Source: Convolutriloba macropyga (lineage: Eukaryota). Taken from it: a stretch of 64,000 nt of DNA. This document shows positions 28,181 through 40,110 of this stretch, one piece after another (within the stretch, counting starts at the first letter, position 1; each line of letters opens with the position of its first letter). Location of the stretch: the NCBI RefSeq assembly GCF_964194025.1, contig NC_134471.1, positions 40,858,001-40,922,000 on the forward strand, given 5' to 3'. Made by a program: the position numbers and the translations under genes. Below the pieces are notes generated by a model. The model was not told where the DNA came from. It did not search any database and saw only the letters and a program-made list of their open reading frames with translations.

Positions 28181-30702
28181 AGTTTCAATAGTTCAACAAT
28201 TAATGTTTAGAAGTAATTGCTTATAAATTTAGCTATAGATTTAAACTTTAGTTTTTTTGAATGTGCATATTACTAAGAGCACTGAAAACTAACTGAGAAG
28301 AAATTTTTTCAAGCCGCTTACATATGGCTCATATCTATAAAGCCACTTATTGATGTCTAGCCTTTGACGCATTTATGTCCAGAAAATTTATCGTTCTTAT
28401 CCAGTCTTTCCTGCGTTCATGTCCAGACATTTTTCCAAGTTTCCCAAATATGAAATATAGCGCAACGACGCGTCCATAATGTCTTCATCATAGTTCAGAC
28501 TAGACATATCAATTTTCGGTATTCAACCTCAACCTGGGCACTGCTTGGTTTCCACAAACAACTATTTTTATTGCTTATTTTGTTTTAACGCTGCATCAAT
28601 GTTTGATTTTACTTCACAAAAAAAGAGATAAATTCTCGTTTTAACTCGTTATTAAATAAGTGTAAATCTATGAGAACCTGCATAGCCTTATGATCAAAAG
28701 CGAAAAAGTGATTAGAGTAAACTGTTTGATTGTTTTCATTCTGCTCCTTTTTCGTTTGATTTGATTACATTTCACGCGCACCTGTTCGGTTAACGGCTTT
28801 CCTATTGTATCCCTGAAACTAATCTGGATAACCTTCTTTTGTCTAGCAAAGAAGGATTAAAATATGACGCAATGAGTTTCAGTCTCTAATTGGTGCTCTT
28901 ATTTCACACAATGCAAAACTGTGCCGTGATTTATTTAATTTTTCTTTCGTTTCCACAGTAATTGGGAAAATAAACAGCAACGCGACCAGGTTTACTTCAA
29001 TAAATTTCAAATTGCATTCATGTAGTAAAGCATAAGTTGTGTTTAGTCAAATGATTCATCTTTTTCGTACCTTTTGTAATAGAAGGAAAACTTTTCTACA
29101 ATAATACGTGAATATAGCTTTTATTTGATGATCAAAATTAATTTTTTTTTGGAAATTTCAAAAAACGATGTCAGCAGTGAATGGTCTCTTTATCGAAAAA
29201 TTGCTGTAATACCCATTAGCTCAACTCAAATTTGGTGATGTAAGCAAAATATTTATTTTAACCATAATTATTTCGAGGTTTTGCATTAATTACGTCGGAT
29301 CATCTTCAGTGAAACCATCAGGAAAGCTAAATACAATTAGGCAAAGCATAAATTTGCATTTCAGGGTTTTTGTGCGGGGGTTGAAGGCTGCTTTTAAAGC
29401 ATAAATTGTTCACAAATACTTTCCTGGTAATTCCTGTTCGAGCCTAAAATGTTTCCCAATAATTTATTTCAAGTGTTTAAAATGGGTTTCAGGCGCACAA
29501 ACTTCACTTTTGGGGGTTGGCAACTGCAATCGATGATCGACTATTACATTTTTGAGGACGAAATTAAGGAGCTGCAACATTATTATATTACGGCTATTCC
29601 TGAACTTACAGAACCTTACTTTTTCGCCTTGGCATTTTCGAGCTGAAAATGTACACCAATAATTATCAGCAGCCTAATGCTATTATGCACTGAAGATTTT
29701 CTGAAGTGTGACATTACAGAAAATAACAAAAGTTACTTGTAATCCAATTTCATTCCAACTTGATATGATATTATCCTGTTGCTTTTATTATTTCATATTT
29801 TTTCACAGACAAAATTCCCTAATCTGACAAGACCCTAATTCCATTGTTAGCCCACCACAAACACCTTATTGCCGCCTGTGAAAACCCCCCTTTGAACGGA
29901 TTAACATATTCAGCTGCACTTGAAAAGTGCGAATAATTCCTGGATTCTAGGGAAGAGTGCTGAAAATTATGACATTGACAATCTGAACTGAGACAAAGGA
30001 ACATTAAACAGCTTCAATTTAAATACTTGTTCAGACGGCAAAAACATGAAATGCCTCTATATATGTTTATTTAACAGTAAGCTTTCGGTGCGCTTTCAAA
30101 TCTGAAACAAAAGGACTTTTGAGTGTTTAATTTCACATGAATTATGACCACATACGGCGTAAAATGCGTCCTTGTTTCGAGACTTAGTTCGGTTCCTGTT
30201 TTAAAAAGCAATATCTCTAAAGATAGCGCGCAAATTTCTAAACAATCGTAAATCATTAATCCAGCTCGATATAAGAGTTTGGGGATTTTTCTAGCGCAGC
30301 TGTATTACCAGTTCCAACGCTCGCTGTTACTGCGCTTGGCTTATTTGCATAATTTTTAGCAATAATTTTTACCAAAAATTGCCCTTACTTCCTAATAAAT
30401 TAAAGGAAAGATAGAATCTTGCCCGTGGAAAAGCATGAAAACATTAGTTGAAGTTTACGCTAACATTGTCTCACAAATTCGCTACGTTCCTTTGGGCGTC
30501 TTAAATCTATTCATGCATAAATATTTGATCCCCCGAGAATAATTAGACAAATACGCAGATACCTTCTCGTTTGATTCAAAATATACAAAAATACAACTTA
30601 ACTCCAATATTTCAACCCCTGTTGCAAATTTCTTTCTCCTCAAAAGTAAACATCCAGCCTTGTTTTTGTTTATTTACTTCTGTTTGAATCTCAAAGCTTT
30701 CG

Positions 30703-30883
30703 ATGCAAATGGGTGGAGGTTTTGTTAATCATGATCAGGGGAGAGGAAAATTTCGGTTCCGTGGCCCAAAATGGGCAAAAATTAGCCGAAAATGGGATTG
30801 CCAAGCCGGTGGTTTTGTCTCCAGAACAGCTTTATTCCACGTCATCGCATTCCATATACTGTCTTCTCACCTTCTGCTAACAG
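30703..30883 (+). CDS. Semaphorin coding exon 1 (N-terminus with signal-peptide-like hydrophobic stretch)
   Basis: MQMGGG…RTALFHVIAFHILSSHLLLT ends at the donor AG|gtatgc. It is 181 nt (phase 1) and joins in frame to exon 2 (G+AT=Asp, …LLLT-D-CKNIDD…). The assignment rests on phase, the donor and hydrophobicity only. Confidence 0.65.
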
Positions 30884-32453
30884 GTATGCTTGTAAAAGAA
30901 AAATAAAGTATCTATTATTGTCCTCTAATTTTTGTATGATGTTTTTTCAGCCTTATCAGTCATTCACCGTTTATCAGGTCAAAGTCCAAGTTCGTTTAGT
31001 CTGTGTAACTATTCTTTAAGTTAGCACCAATTGTTCTGATTAATATAAATAAAGACAAGAAACCAACTTTCAAAATGACCAAGATATACCCAGTATTTTA
31101 CCATATGGTTAAAATTGACAGAAGGACTACCCGAGTCACTCATCATGCAACTTGCTTTGATTTCATAATAGGTCATGCATGATTTTTTCGTAATCCTACT
31201 TGGCTATATAAAATTTGTATGATTTCTTAGTAGTCATAAAAAGATCATGATTTCTTGGAAGTCATATAGGAGTCATACAACAATTTTGGGTGCCAAAAAC
31301 TCGTTTAATCTTCATTTTCGATAGAAGATGAAACAATATCTTGGAAAACTTACAAGGTCATATATGACACATAAAACATTGACTGGTGCCACAGATTCCT
31401 TTATAATTTAGTCGCCGGACTTAAAATTGGGTATATCGACTGTGCAGTCTAAATTTGACTAATGACTAATGACTACTATGGGTGCGCTACAACAATAAAT
31501 TTGGATTTTATCCATACTTAGAAAAAGATTTCGAAGCTATAAGCAAACTTTTTTGTCACGTTTCTTCCAAGTGAGTATTTATAGGTATAAACTGGCCTCC
31601 TTCATTTACTTAGTTATTTAATTTTTAACCAACTTTGCGCGCAATGTTCTTTTTAGATGACAAACGTAGTGATGCCGGGAAAACACATAAGTGGTCCCTA
31701 TCGATTAAAAAACGTGAATGGTAGGAAAAAAGATGTATGAATGCTAGCAATCACGCTAATATCACTTATCATTTTTTGGAAATCAAACAAGAGTCATATC
31801 TTTTCTTTGGTTTCCTACTTGGATCGTACTAAGAGATCATGTATGGACAGTATGAAAGCACATAAGATCCTTGTCTGAAATCGAAAAAAACTTCATCACG
31901 GGTATTAATGATTATTGAAAACAACTTAACATTTTTATTAGTAATTTTAGAGCAACAATTGTGATAGAATATAAGACGCTTAGTTACTAAAGATCTTTCC
32001 TTTCTCCCAGCCTGACTTTGGAAATTTTTCTAGTAAAGACTTGATTGATTTCTAATCAAAAATAATTTTTGTGGTTTATCTATGATTCAAGTATTTCCAT
32101 TGCATGGTAACAAAAATTATTTGGCGTACATACATCTAGTCTTTTCCTCTAACTGGTTTCTCTCGAGATGGTGTTGCAATTCCATCACCTGTAATTCTGA
32201 GTAAAATCTCAACTGACGTGCTAACTTCAAAGTTTCTGTTGGAATTAGAACTCTAATTTTGAAAGTATTATCTGTAAATAAGTTTGCTTTTTGCCGGCAG
32301 AAGCAAACCTGCTGACAAAGCAAACTTAATTTTATAATTCTAAATCTAACTTTAAGACTGAAAATACAATCTTTCAACAATTAGAGAGCCGACTAAAATT
32401 CGCCCAGGTTTAGACATCGACTCATGAAAAGATTTATTTATAATTCAATAGGG

Positions 32454-33071
32454 CCCGGGTCGAGGTTTGGCGGTGAATTTTCGGAAGAAATGCGGTGAAA
32501 TGTGGTGAAAAAAAATAATTTTCACCGCGTATTTCTTACATCTTTTTGCGGTGAATGCGGTGATTCGCTGTGAATTATTTATTTTCACCGCGTCCTCAGT
32601 ATTCTTACAAAAAAGAATCATCCCCACACGAGTTCTAACCTATGACCTCCTGCATGCCATCCACTGCTTAGTCCACTGCGCCGACTATCACTTTCATCTT
32701 TAAAATTTCATGTGAATTTTAATCAGATTGAGTAAACTTTGGAAATCATATGCGGCGAATTTTTTGTAAGAAATGCGGTGAATGTCGCGGTGAATTTTTG
32801 TAAGAAATGCGGTGAAATGTGGTGAATTATTTTTTTTCACCGCATTCACCGCTTTCACCGCATTTCTTACATTATTTTGCCACAAAACTCGATGCGGTGA
32901 ATTTTTGTAAGAAATACGGTGAATTTTGCGGTGAACTTTTGTAAGAAATGCGGTGAAATTCGGTGAAATATTTATTTTCACCGCATTCACCGCAATCACC
33001 GCATTTCTTACAAAAATTCACCGCATTCACCGCATTTCTTACAAAAATTTACCCAAAAACTTCGACCCGGG
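32454..33071. mobile_element. Non-autonomous DNA transposon with CCCGGGTCGA TIRs, internal gcggtgaa/ttcaccgc arrays and an apparent 2-bp TSD (gg); CMC/EnSpm-like
   Basis: The left end cccgggtcgaggtttggcggtgaatttt matches the right end aaaatttacccaaaaacttcgacccggg. Both sides are flanked by gg, and gcggtgaa motifs occur many times in both orientations. Confidence 0.8.
32621..32690 (-). pseudogene. tRNA-like (A-box/B-box) segment inside the TIR element
   Basis: The minus strand reads …gtcGGCGCAGTGGactaagcagtggatggcatgcaggaggtcataGGTTAGAACTCgtgtgggga, with A- and B-box-like motifs at tRNA spacing. No clean cloverleaf can be drawn. Confidence 0.5.
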
Positions 33072-33559
33072 GGTTCCAATATACACGATCCAGCTATTGG
33101 TTAAAGGGTCCAAATGGGTCCAGATAAGGTCTTTTCATAACAAATTAATTAACTTCGAGCATGGTCTTTTAATAGATCAAGCTTGATCTTAGCATGAGCC
33201 GAGGATTGCATTTTTGTTGGATTAATAATAGTTATTTCTCCTTTACTTCTTTTGTAGATGTGACATCTACCGGCAACACCAAACTATCATTACAACAGGC
33301 AGACCACTTTTGAAAAAACCGGGAGGAATTTTGCCAAAAATACTTAAGAAAATTTGAAATGCTATGAAAAAATAGCTTTCGCAAGTAACATATAATGCGA
33401 ATTTGATGGGCTGAGTTCAATTAGTTGACACAGCTCTAACAATCAACTTTTTATTGGCGACGACTTTAGTGTGTTATAATTTACTTCATTTGATTCTGTA
33501 ATTTGTTTTTTTTAATATATTCAAAAAAAGACAGTTTGATATCAGTGGTTCTGAGCATT

Positions 33560-34900
33560 CAGTCCTTCATTGTTTGGGCTCTGTAGCAGAAAAGACATAT
33601 TGGAAGTATTTGACAAAAAGATTGGCTTTTTCAGACGCCAAATTAGCTTTCGAACCGTCAAGATACACTTCATTTGGGACAGGGTTAGCTTTCGACAAAC
33701 TTCTCAGATACTTCTGAATGTCTGAGAATTTGCAGTTCTCGAAGTTTTTCTTTTCAAATGTTCTTTGGTCTTCTTGGAGCATGACTGCCAGTTGGGCTTG
33801 AGCGGCTTCAGTTTTTTCCATCAGTCAGATTTTGAATTGTTGAGTTTTGGATAGATAACCTAGGCAACCACGAGTGGTAGACTCAAGGGACAAGCTTTCC
33901 ATACTCAAATGATTGACAGTGAGAGGATTGTTGGAAGAGGAAATTTTTTTATAGTTTTCGTTGAAATCTGCTCAGTTGTTTCAGCTTGCTTGCTGATGAC
34001 AGGACAAATTTTCATTGACAGATATTTGAAATCTTAAGCAGAATTGTTTGATTTTTCTTTTCGTCAAAACTGCTCATATGGACAATATCACCAATTTCAG
34101 CCACTACTTCAAGCTGAGGCAACATTTTTTGGATTACTACGAGATCATGCTCATTATGAAATCTTGGATTTTGTCTTTCGGCTCAGCGACATCGCGAATT
34201 CTAATACCGGTTAGCTCTTCTTGGGCAGTGAAGTTTTTCTTTCTAGATAACCTTAGTTTATTCTGAGATTCAGCCAGTGGCTTCTGTGCAATGATGGTTT
34301 TGATTTCTTCAACACTTGTTTTGAGGTCATTCATCTCCGATTCAAGAGTTTCCATTTTTTTCCTGCGTTTGGTTCGTCTAGCTGCTCAGCTCCATCTTAA
34401 CCTGTTGTTTGATGTACACGAATTTATTGCACAGAAGCAAGGCATTTTCACCAATTGCTTGGATACCTTTCAGTGCAACATCAGACAAACCTTTGCATGT
34501 TTCTTTTAGATGCATGGCCGACCCAGAAGAATCCAATAAGCCTTCAAATGTTTGGTATCTTTTGAAGAGTCGCTAGCAGATCCTTACCGGCTACTGGATT
34601 GTTTCTGTTTGTCTTGTAGTGTTGTGAGATTGTGTTGTTAATCAGACAATGCCACAAGATAATCTTCTTCTTTTTGAGGTCACTAGAGAGAAGATAGTTG
34701 AAAACGTTCTTCTCTGTTTTGACCGAATTGGGGTTGAGGTTCAATCGAGCAATCGCGTGGACAATCTCGTTCAAATTCTGCTGATCAGTGGCTGAGAGCT
34801 TTTCGATTGAGTGAGACAGGGAGCTAACAGTGATAACTGTCAGCATAGAGACTAGAAAGTTGATAGTGTTGATTTGGGTTGATTCTTGAACTTATTGTCC
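33560..34900 (-). mobile_element. Internally deleted CR1-group LINE remnant: upstream unknown ORF, ORF1 (PHD tail, coiled coil, RRM-like), ORF2 linker fragment
   Basis: Minus-strand order: ORF 34846-34544; PHD-like tail HLKETCKGLSDVALKGIQAIGENALLLC (~34510-34420); coiled coil METLESEMNDLKTSVEEIK; GIRIRDVAE; IGDIVHMSSFDEKKNQTILLKI…VLSSASKLK; then the ORF2 linker KYLRSLSK…SEKANLFVKYFQYVFS (33821-33567), which resembles the linker at 3679-3890. Confidence 0.8.
34544..34846 (-). pseudogene. C-terminally truncated ORF of unknown function (possible SGNH/esterase-fold), homologous to 51886-52524
   Basis: It aligns without gaps to the 212-aa ORF over the first 46 residues (SSL.H.I, Q, V.A…L..NPN..K..K), and also shares KK…WH…NN..S.H and P…L.A.L. 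Confidence 0.75.
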
Positions 34901-37343
34901 CGAAAGGGGTTGCTGAGAATGATTATGGGTCGATGATCGCTGCAGGTCTAATCAGACGATGAAAAATCTCGTTGAGGGTCTTCCACACGAGATTGCCATT
35001 ATCATTTAACATGAAACTCTTTAATAATAGAGAGAAGTTTTTTATGCGTCTGTTCATTTTCGAATTTCTTCTGTTTGTGCCAGTCTGTTTGTACTGGTAC
35101 GTTAGCCTAATTGTTGTTATAATGTTATTTAATGCGTTCATCAGTTTTTTATAGTTTGTGCTAATGTTCTAAGCCCTTCATTGTGGCCCTTTATCCCAAA
35201 CTGTGATAATCTATATGTGAATCTGTTTGTGAAAATGTATCTGTGAAACAAGCAGCCCTCTATTCACCTCTATTCTTCTACTATTCTGACAAAACGGATT
35301 TGCAGTTGCTGGAAACAGTTGATCAACCACAATTTATACCGCTTACAATGCAGCCTATGCCACAAATGGTCCCATATTAGATGCACGAAGCTAAGCAAAG
35401 ACAACATCAAAGGAGAGACAACCTCATAGACCTAATTAGCTGTTGTTTTAGGCCCACAACTCCCCGAGTTAGCTTAGTTAGTCTCCGTGAAGTTTCGCAG
35501 AATCTTCTGGCAGCCGCTACCAGTCAGAGGAGCCGAGAACCGGAATCTGTCATAATGACGGACCTATGCTCAAATTTTTCTCAAATGACCCACTACCCTA
35601 CCCAAAACGACACAGAAACCCTCCCCTCTTCACGATGACTGACAAAACCTGACAACTTCCCGCCTTCCGCTAGTGACTGGTTACCCAAAATATATCTCGA
35701 TGTTGTCCATTGAAAACCAAAGTTCATCAGACTCAATAAGTGCAAAAGCAACAACGCCTTTGTCGAATCGCTTGATGAAGCTCTGCGACAACTAGCCGAC
35801 AACACGTGTCATTCCAATTGCGCAGTGACAGCTCCAATGGTCTTGCCACACTTGATTCTGGCCCGAACAAAGAGGTACTGACTCTGTCAACAAAACCGTT
35901 CTCGAAAGACTTCAGCTGTGCAATCAAGGCAAACTAGACGAGCTCCTTATTGAAGCAAAAGCACTCCAAATTTGGACGAGCATTGGAGCAGAACGCCAGT
36001 CGTAACTCATCAAGAGCTCTACCGGATTCATGAAAGAAGGAAAAATTGGCAAGGCCATCAGAACACTCGACAGTGATGCAAAAAGCAAAGTTTTGTCACT
36101 GAAGGACCAAATCGGGGACAAAACTGTTGCCGTAATTCTAGCCAATAAACACCCCAAAGGCCAACAGATAAACGCTTCATGCCTTGTCAACCACAACAAA
36201 TCTAACCGCTTTCCCTTTTACAACTCAATCTTTGAAAAAAGCGATGATAGCGCAATTGAAAAAGTAGCTCACTAAAGAAAAGGGGCACATGGACCCCGTG
36301 GTCTGGACTCCTGTCAATGGAGAAGACATCTGACCTCGTTCGACAATGCTGAATCAACCTCCGGAAAACAGTAGCCAAACCATCTTGCACAATAGCGACT
36401 GAGGTATTGCCCAATTCTTCATTAGAAGCGGACAACAACAGGAGACTAATCCCACCTGACAATTGTGCAGGCGTACGAGCAATTGGGATAGGGGAAGTTC
36501 TGCGCCTAATTATTTAGCGATGCATCTCAAGCATTCTAGGTGAAGAGGCCCAGAGAATTGGCGGCAACAATCAGCTCTGCCTTGGGCAGACCGCAGATAT
36601 CGAACATTCAATCCACGCTCTGCGTAGCAACTTCCACAACGAGAACTGTTAAGCCATTCTACTAATAAATGCCACTAATGCTTTAAATCTACTAAACAGA
36701 ACAACCGCCCTTGAAAAAATTCGCAGGACTTGCCCTTGTGTCCGCATACCTCTCCTCTCACAAACTCCTACCAGACACCAAGCCAATTTTTGTTGCCAAA
36801 AAAGCCATCTTATCTTGCGAAGGTTGCAGTCAAGGAGATCCACTAGCCATGCTAATTAGCGGGATTGCAATAAAGGCTCTAAGCCTGAAGTTGCAGACAT
36901 CAAGAACCGTGCAGAAGTGGTCCGCTGACGACGGTAACGCAGCCGGGTCTCTCCAGCGTATACACGAACTCTGAGAATTTTTCCAATCAGGAGCCTGGCT
37001 AGAGTTCTGGCTATCACGTAAACGCGCCAAAAAGCCAGGTAATTGTCAAATCATCGACAAAACAAAAGACCGACAATATTTTTGCAAACACCAAAGTCCA
37101 AATTTTCAGTTGTGCGAGAATGTTCGGATCAGTTATTGGCAGTGAGGAGGAAACGCAGAATCTTTGAAAACACAAAACCGACGACTACATGAACTTAATT
37201 CAGAAATTTTAAACATTGGCAAGTCATCAACTCATGCAGCCTACCACAGCTACATCAAAGGGCTTCAAAATAAAATTACCAAGAACAAGCTCATCCCTGT
37301 CTTGACGTACATATGGTCCAGACGAGATAACGAGACAGGTATT

Positions 37344-37346
<3 letters not shown>

Positions 37347-37380
<34 letters not shown>
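37347..37380. repeat. (TC)17 microsatellite inside the CRE element
   Basis: Read directly from the sequence. Confidence 0.95.
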
Positions 37381-37383
<3 letters not shown>

Positions 37384-37790
37384 GAGAAACGGTGGGCTGG
37401 CAATCAACCAACCAGATGATTACAGTGGAGAATACTCAGACTACCAGAATTTGTCAGCGGCACTCGACGACCCATCGTCCGAACTGATGTTTCTGGAACA
37501 AGAGCGAATGAAGAAAGATCCACAAAGGCCTCCTGACGACACCAATGCAGAAGCAAATTTATGAATTCCGACCTCTTATACGCCCTGAAATTTGCCAGGG
37601 AGAAAGGAGCCTCCTCCTGGCTAAACGCTCTGCCAATCGAAAAGCCCGGACTCTGGCTCACAAAATCGGAACTCCGGGACGCCCTCTGCATCCGTTTTGG
37701 ATGGGTTTTAAAAAATCTAACATAAACATGTGCCTGTGGATCACCTTTTTTTTACGTTCCCACGACCTACACTGCTGCAAAGGAGGATAT

Positions 37791-37922
37791 CCGATTGTCA
37801 AGCGGAAAGAAATATTGATCTCTTTGCTAATTTGATGAAGAAAGTTGGTCACGAGGATAACTGATTGTCAAGCGGAAACAAATACTAGATCTCTTTCCTA
37901 GTTTGATGAAAATTGGTCACAA
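37791..37922 (+). repeat. ~70-bp tandem duplication within the CRE element
   Basis: gattgtcaagcggaaa.aaata…gatctcttt.cta.tttgatgaa…ttggtcac occurs at 37793 and 37863. Confidence 0.85.
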
Positions 37923-38819
37923 CGTGGAAGTCAAACCATATGTGCAGCTTCTCGACAACGAGATTTTCACAAACTCTGCCTGCACCGAAGATGAGGCAAG
38001 ACTCGACATCTCCGCCAAAGGAATTTGGGGCAGTCGTTTTGAGCACTCCTTTATGATGTTAGGATTTTCAACCCCTATGCTCCTACAAACGGAATTAAAA
38101 ACAGCAAACATGCATATTTACTACATTTAAAATTAAAACTCCTTAAAAATCCAAACAGAATTGTGGCTATTGAACATGGATTGTTTTTACCGTTGATTTC
38201 TGCCACCACAAGTGGAGCCAGCCCCATCACACACAAACTCATCGCACGCATTGCTGCTTCCCTCATAGCCCAAAAATCAAACGAACGATACCCAGAAGTC
38301 TTTAATTTTATCCATACAAGAGTCAGCTTTGGTCATTTAAAGAGCACTATTTTATGCATTCGTGGATGTAGAGGTCAAAAATCTAAAACGCCAGGTGACA
38401 TCAGCCTTGAACCTTTCGACACAGAAGTCAGATCCCATTTATCTCAAATTTTATAAGATTTAAAAAAGGATTCTCATTTTATAACTTTCTTACGAATGTT
38501 TTTGATCTTTGAGTTTAATGTCACGTTATAAACAAAAAAAATGCTAAAATGAAAAGTCAGAAAATAAAATGCAAATCACTAAAGTCACTCCATCAGGGAA
38601 CTTTAAAACGAAATTTTACATATTTACAGTCGTATCTACAAAATTTTTATATTTGAATAAATATACATTTTCGATTTGATGTTGTAGATGGATATCAACA
38701 GGTTTTTTATTAAAAAACCTACATGAATTACCTTCGACTTACTTTGATTTTGTTCAATTGCAAAGTTGAAATTTTGGTTTCATAACGTGTCTTTCTTTCA
38801 AGTTGGAATTTCATCTCCA

Positions 38820-39810
38820 AACTAAGCTTTAAGTGTCAATTATCATGTTGGGTATTCGTCGCGCGTGTTGATGGCTGGTTTCCGTGTTCTCATACTGAGC
38901 GCCGCTGGTGTCATTAACTTAGACTGATTGCCGCACTGGTCAAATATCTTCCACTGGAAAGCTGTTTTATCACCGTTGCACTCAAATGCATTTATTCCCA
39001 TTGGTGAGTTCACCTTTGCATGCTCTGCAACCCCTTGGGTAATATGTGGGCATGTTTGCCCTACATAGATGGATTTGCATTCATGACAAGTGAGTTGATA
39101 AACCACGTGGGATTTGAGGTCTTTATCAAAGCTGGATTTAAGGCTAGGTAAACAGCTCTTAAGTTTCCGAGTGCTGAAAATTGTCTGTACAGGATGATTT
39201 TTGTTCAGCTTCTTTACAAATTCATTAAAGATGTTGCCTCTGTACTGTAATACAAACTGTTGTTTCTCAGTATTTTTCTGCTATTTTACGGCTACACCCC
39301 CGTTATATCCTTTTCTTTGTTCTTTCATTTGTATCTGTTTAATTGTATCCTTGACAATATTCCCTACCCAAAGCCTAGGATATGATTACGTTCCCAAATT
39401 TCTTTTTTTTCTCAATGCTTTATTGAACGCTTCCCAATTGCTCGTGGCTCGGAACATGCGGTGTTTTGTTGGGTCTTTGCCATTATAGCCCCCAGCTTTG
39501 TGGTCAGGTAACCTATAGCCCCCCAATCATGGTAAATATACCATAATGGGGGGCTATAATATCATGGGAGGCTAGAATGGGAAAGACCCGTTTTGTTCCC
39601 TGTATTATGCTTCTCTTATGTTGAAGGGGGCACAGCTACGATAGTTCAGAATTGTTCCAGTATCTGATGGTTTTTGATACCATGTGCAAAAAATTGTCCC
39701 CACCGGTTTTATGTTAATTGACATGTCCAGAAATGGCAAACTGTTTTTGCCATCCGTTGTTTCTAATGTAAATTGAAGATTTGATGGAGGTTTTTGATTT
39801 GATGGAGGCA
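38820..39810 (-). mobile_element. Penelope-like element 3' fragment (RT thumb plus GIY-YIG endonuclease)
   Basis: LQFTLE…SLPFLDMSI…WYQKPSDTGTILNYRSCAP (39811-39605) is followed by VVYQLTCHECKSIYVGQT…AEH…KPAINTRDEY (39106-38843). It is interrupted by a MITE. Confidence 0.88.
39471..39589. mobile_element. 119-bp MITE with GGGTCTTT TIRs and 8-bp TSD (gttttgtt)
   Basis: gggtctttgccattatagcccc … ggctagaatgggaaagaccc, with gttttgtt at 39463-39470 and 39590-39597. Confidence 0.85.
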
Positions 39811-39955
39811 CAAACGGAAAGGATTCTTGGCTATTACATAGCTCTGTTCTTGCACCAGAATTTGCGTAGTGTAGGAGGTTACAGAATTTTCACTTCGTTC
39901 CAATGATGTGTTGTGAAATTTATATTCCTCCAATAAATGAATAATATTGTTTGTC

Positions 39956-40110
39956 TAGGTAAGACTTTTCGGGTCTTTCCCATTATAGCTTTAGGTAAGA
40001 CTTTTCGGGTCTTTCCCATTATAGCCCCCCAGCTTAGTGGTCAGATAACTTATAGCCCCCCCCCCCCCCCAATCATGGTAATTATACCATAAGGGGGCTA
40101 TAATGGGAAT
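39956..40110. mobile_element. Second, end-damaged copy of the same MITE, with a 36-bp-period tandem duplication spanning its left junction
   Basis: taggtaagacttttcgggtctttcccattatagc occurs twice. The body agcttagtggtcagataacttatagccccc…aatcatggtaattataccataagggggctataatgggaa matches 39471-39589. Confidence 0.8.

Larger units (their letters stand above)
35300..38541 (+). mobile_element. Decayed CRE-clade (R2-group, restriction-like endonuclease) non-LTR retrotransposon
   Basis: Fragments in order: MKEGKIGKAIR…ANKHPKGQ; VRAIGIGEVLRLII; NAFKSTKQ (frameshifted); GCSQGDPLAM; WSADDGNAAG (RT); ASSWLNALPIEKPGLWL; C.CG…HDLHCCKGGY (zinc knuckle); EDEARLDISAKGIWG…DVRIFNP (RLE); FLPLISATTSG; RVSFGHLKSTILCIRGCR. 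An A-rich end lies at ~38530. The 5' boundary is uncertain. Confidence 0.85.

Noticed and set aside
6000-30600. Numerous 60-120 aa ORFs in the AT-rich region
   Set aside because: Their F/L/K/I-rich composition is typical of random AT-rich or microsatellite DNA, with no domain motifs or consistent exon chain. Small real exons cannot be excluded.
31130-31903. Further degenerate CCCG…CGGG-type MITEs (also ~12815-12950 and ~24510-24657)
   Set aside because: Motif reiteration is suggestive, but the termini are too decayed to define by eye.
32621-32690. Functional tRNA genes here and at 58842-58916
   Set aside because: Only A/B-box similarity is present; acceptor and anticodon stems do not pair convincingly, and both segments lie inside repeats.
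34930-35290. 3' end of another LINE with a (TATTC)-like tail
   Set aside because: There are no recognisable protein motifs, and the tail is short and imperfect.
38600-38840. Hammerhead ribozyme expected at a Penelope 3' end
   Set aside because: No CUGANGA…GAAA core was seen on the element strand.
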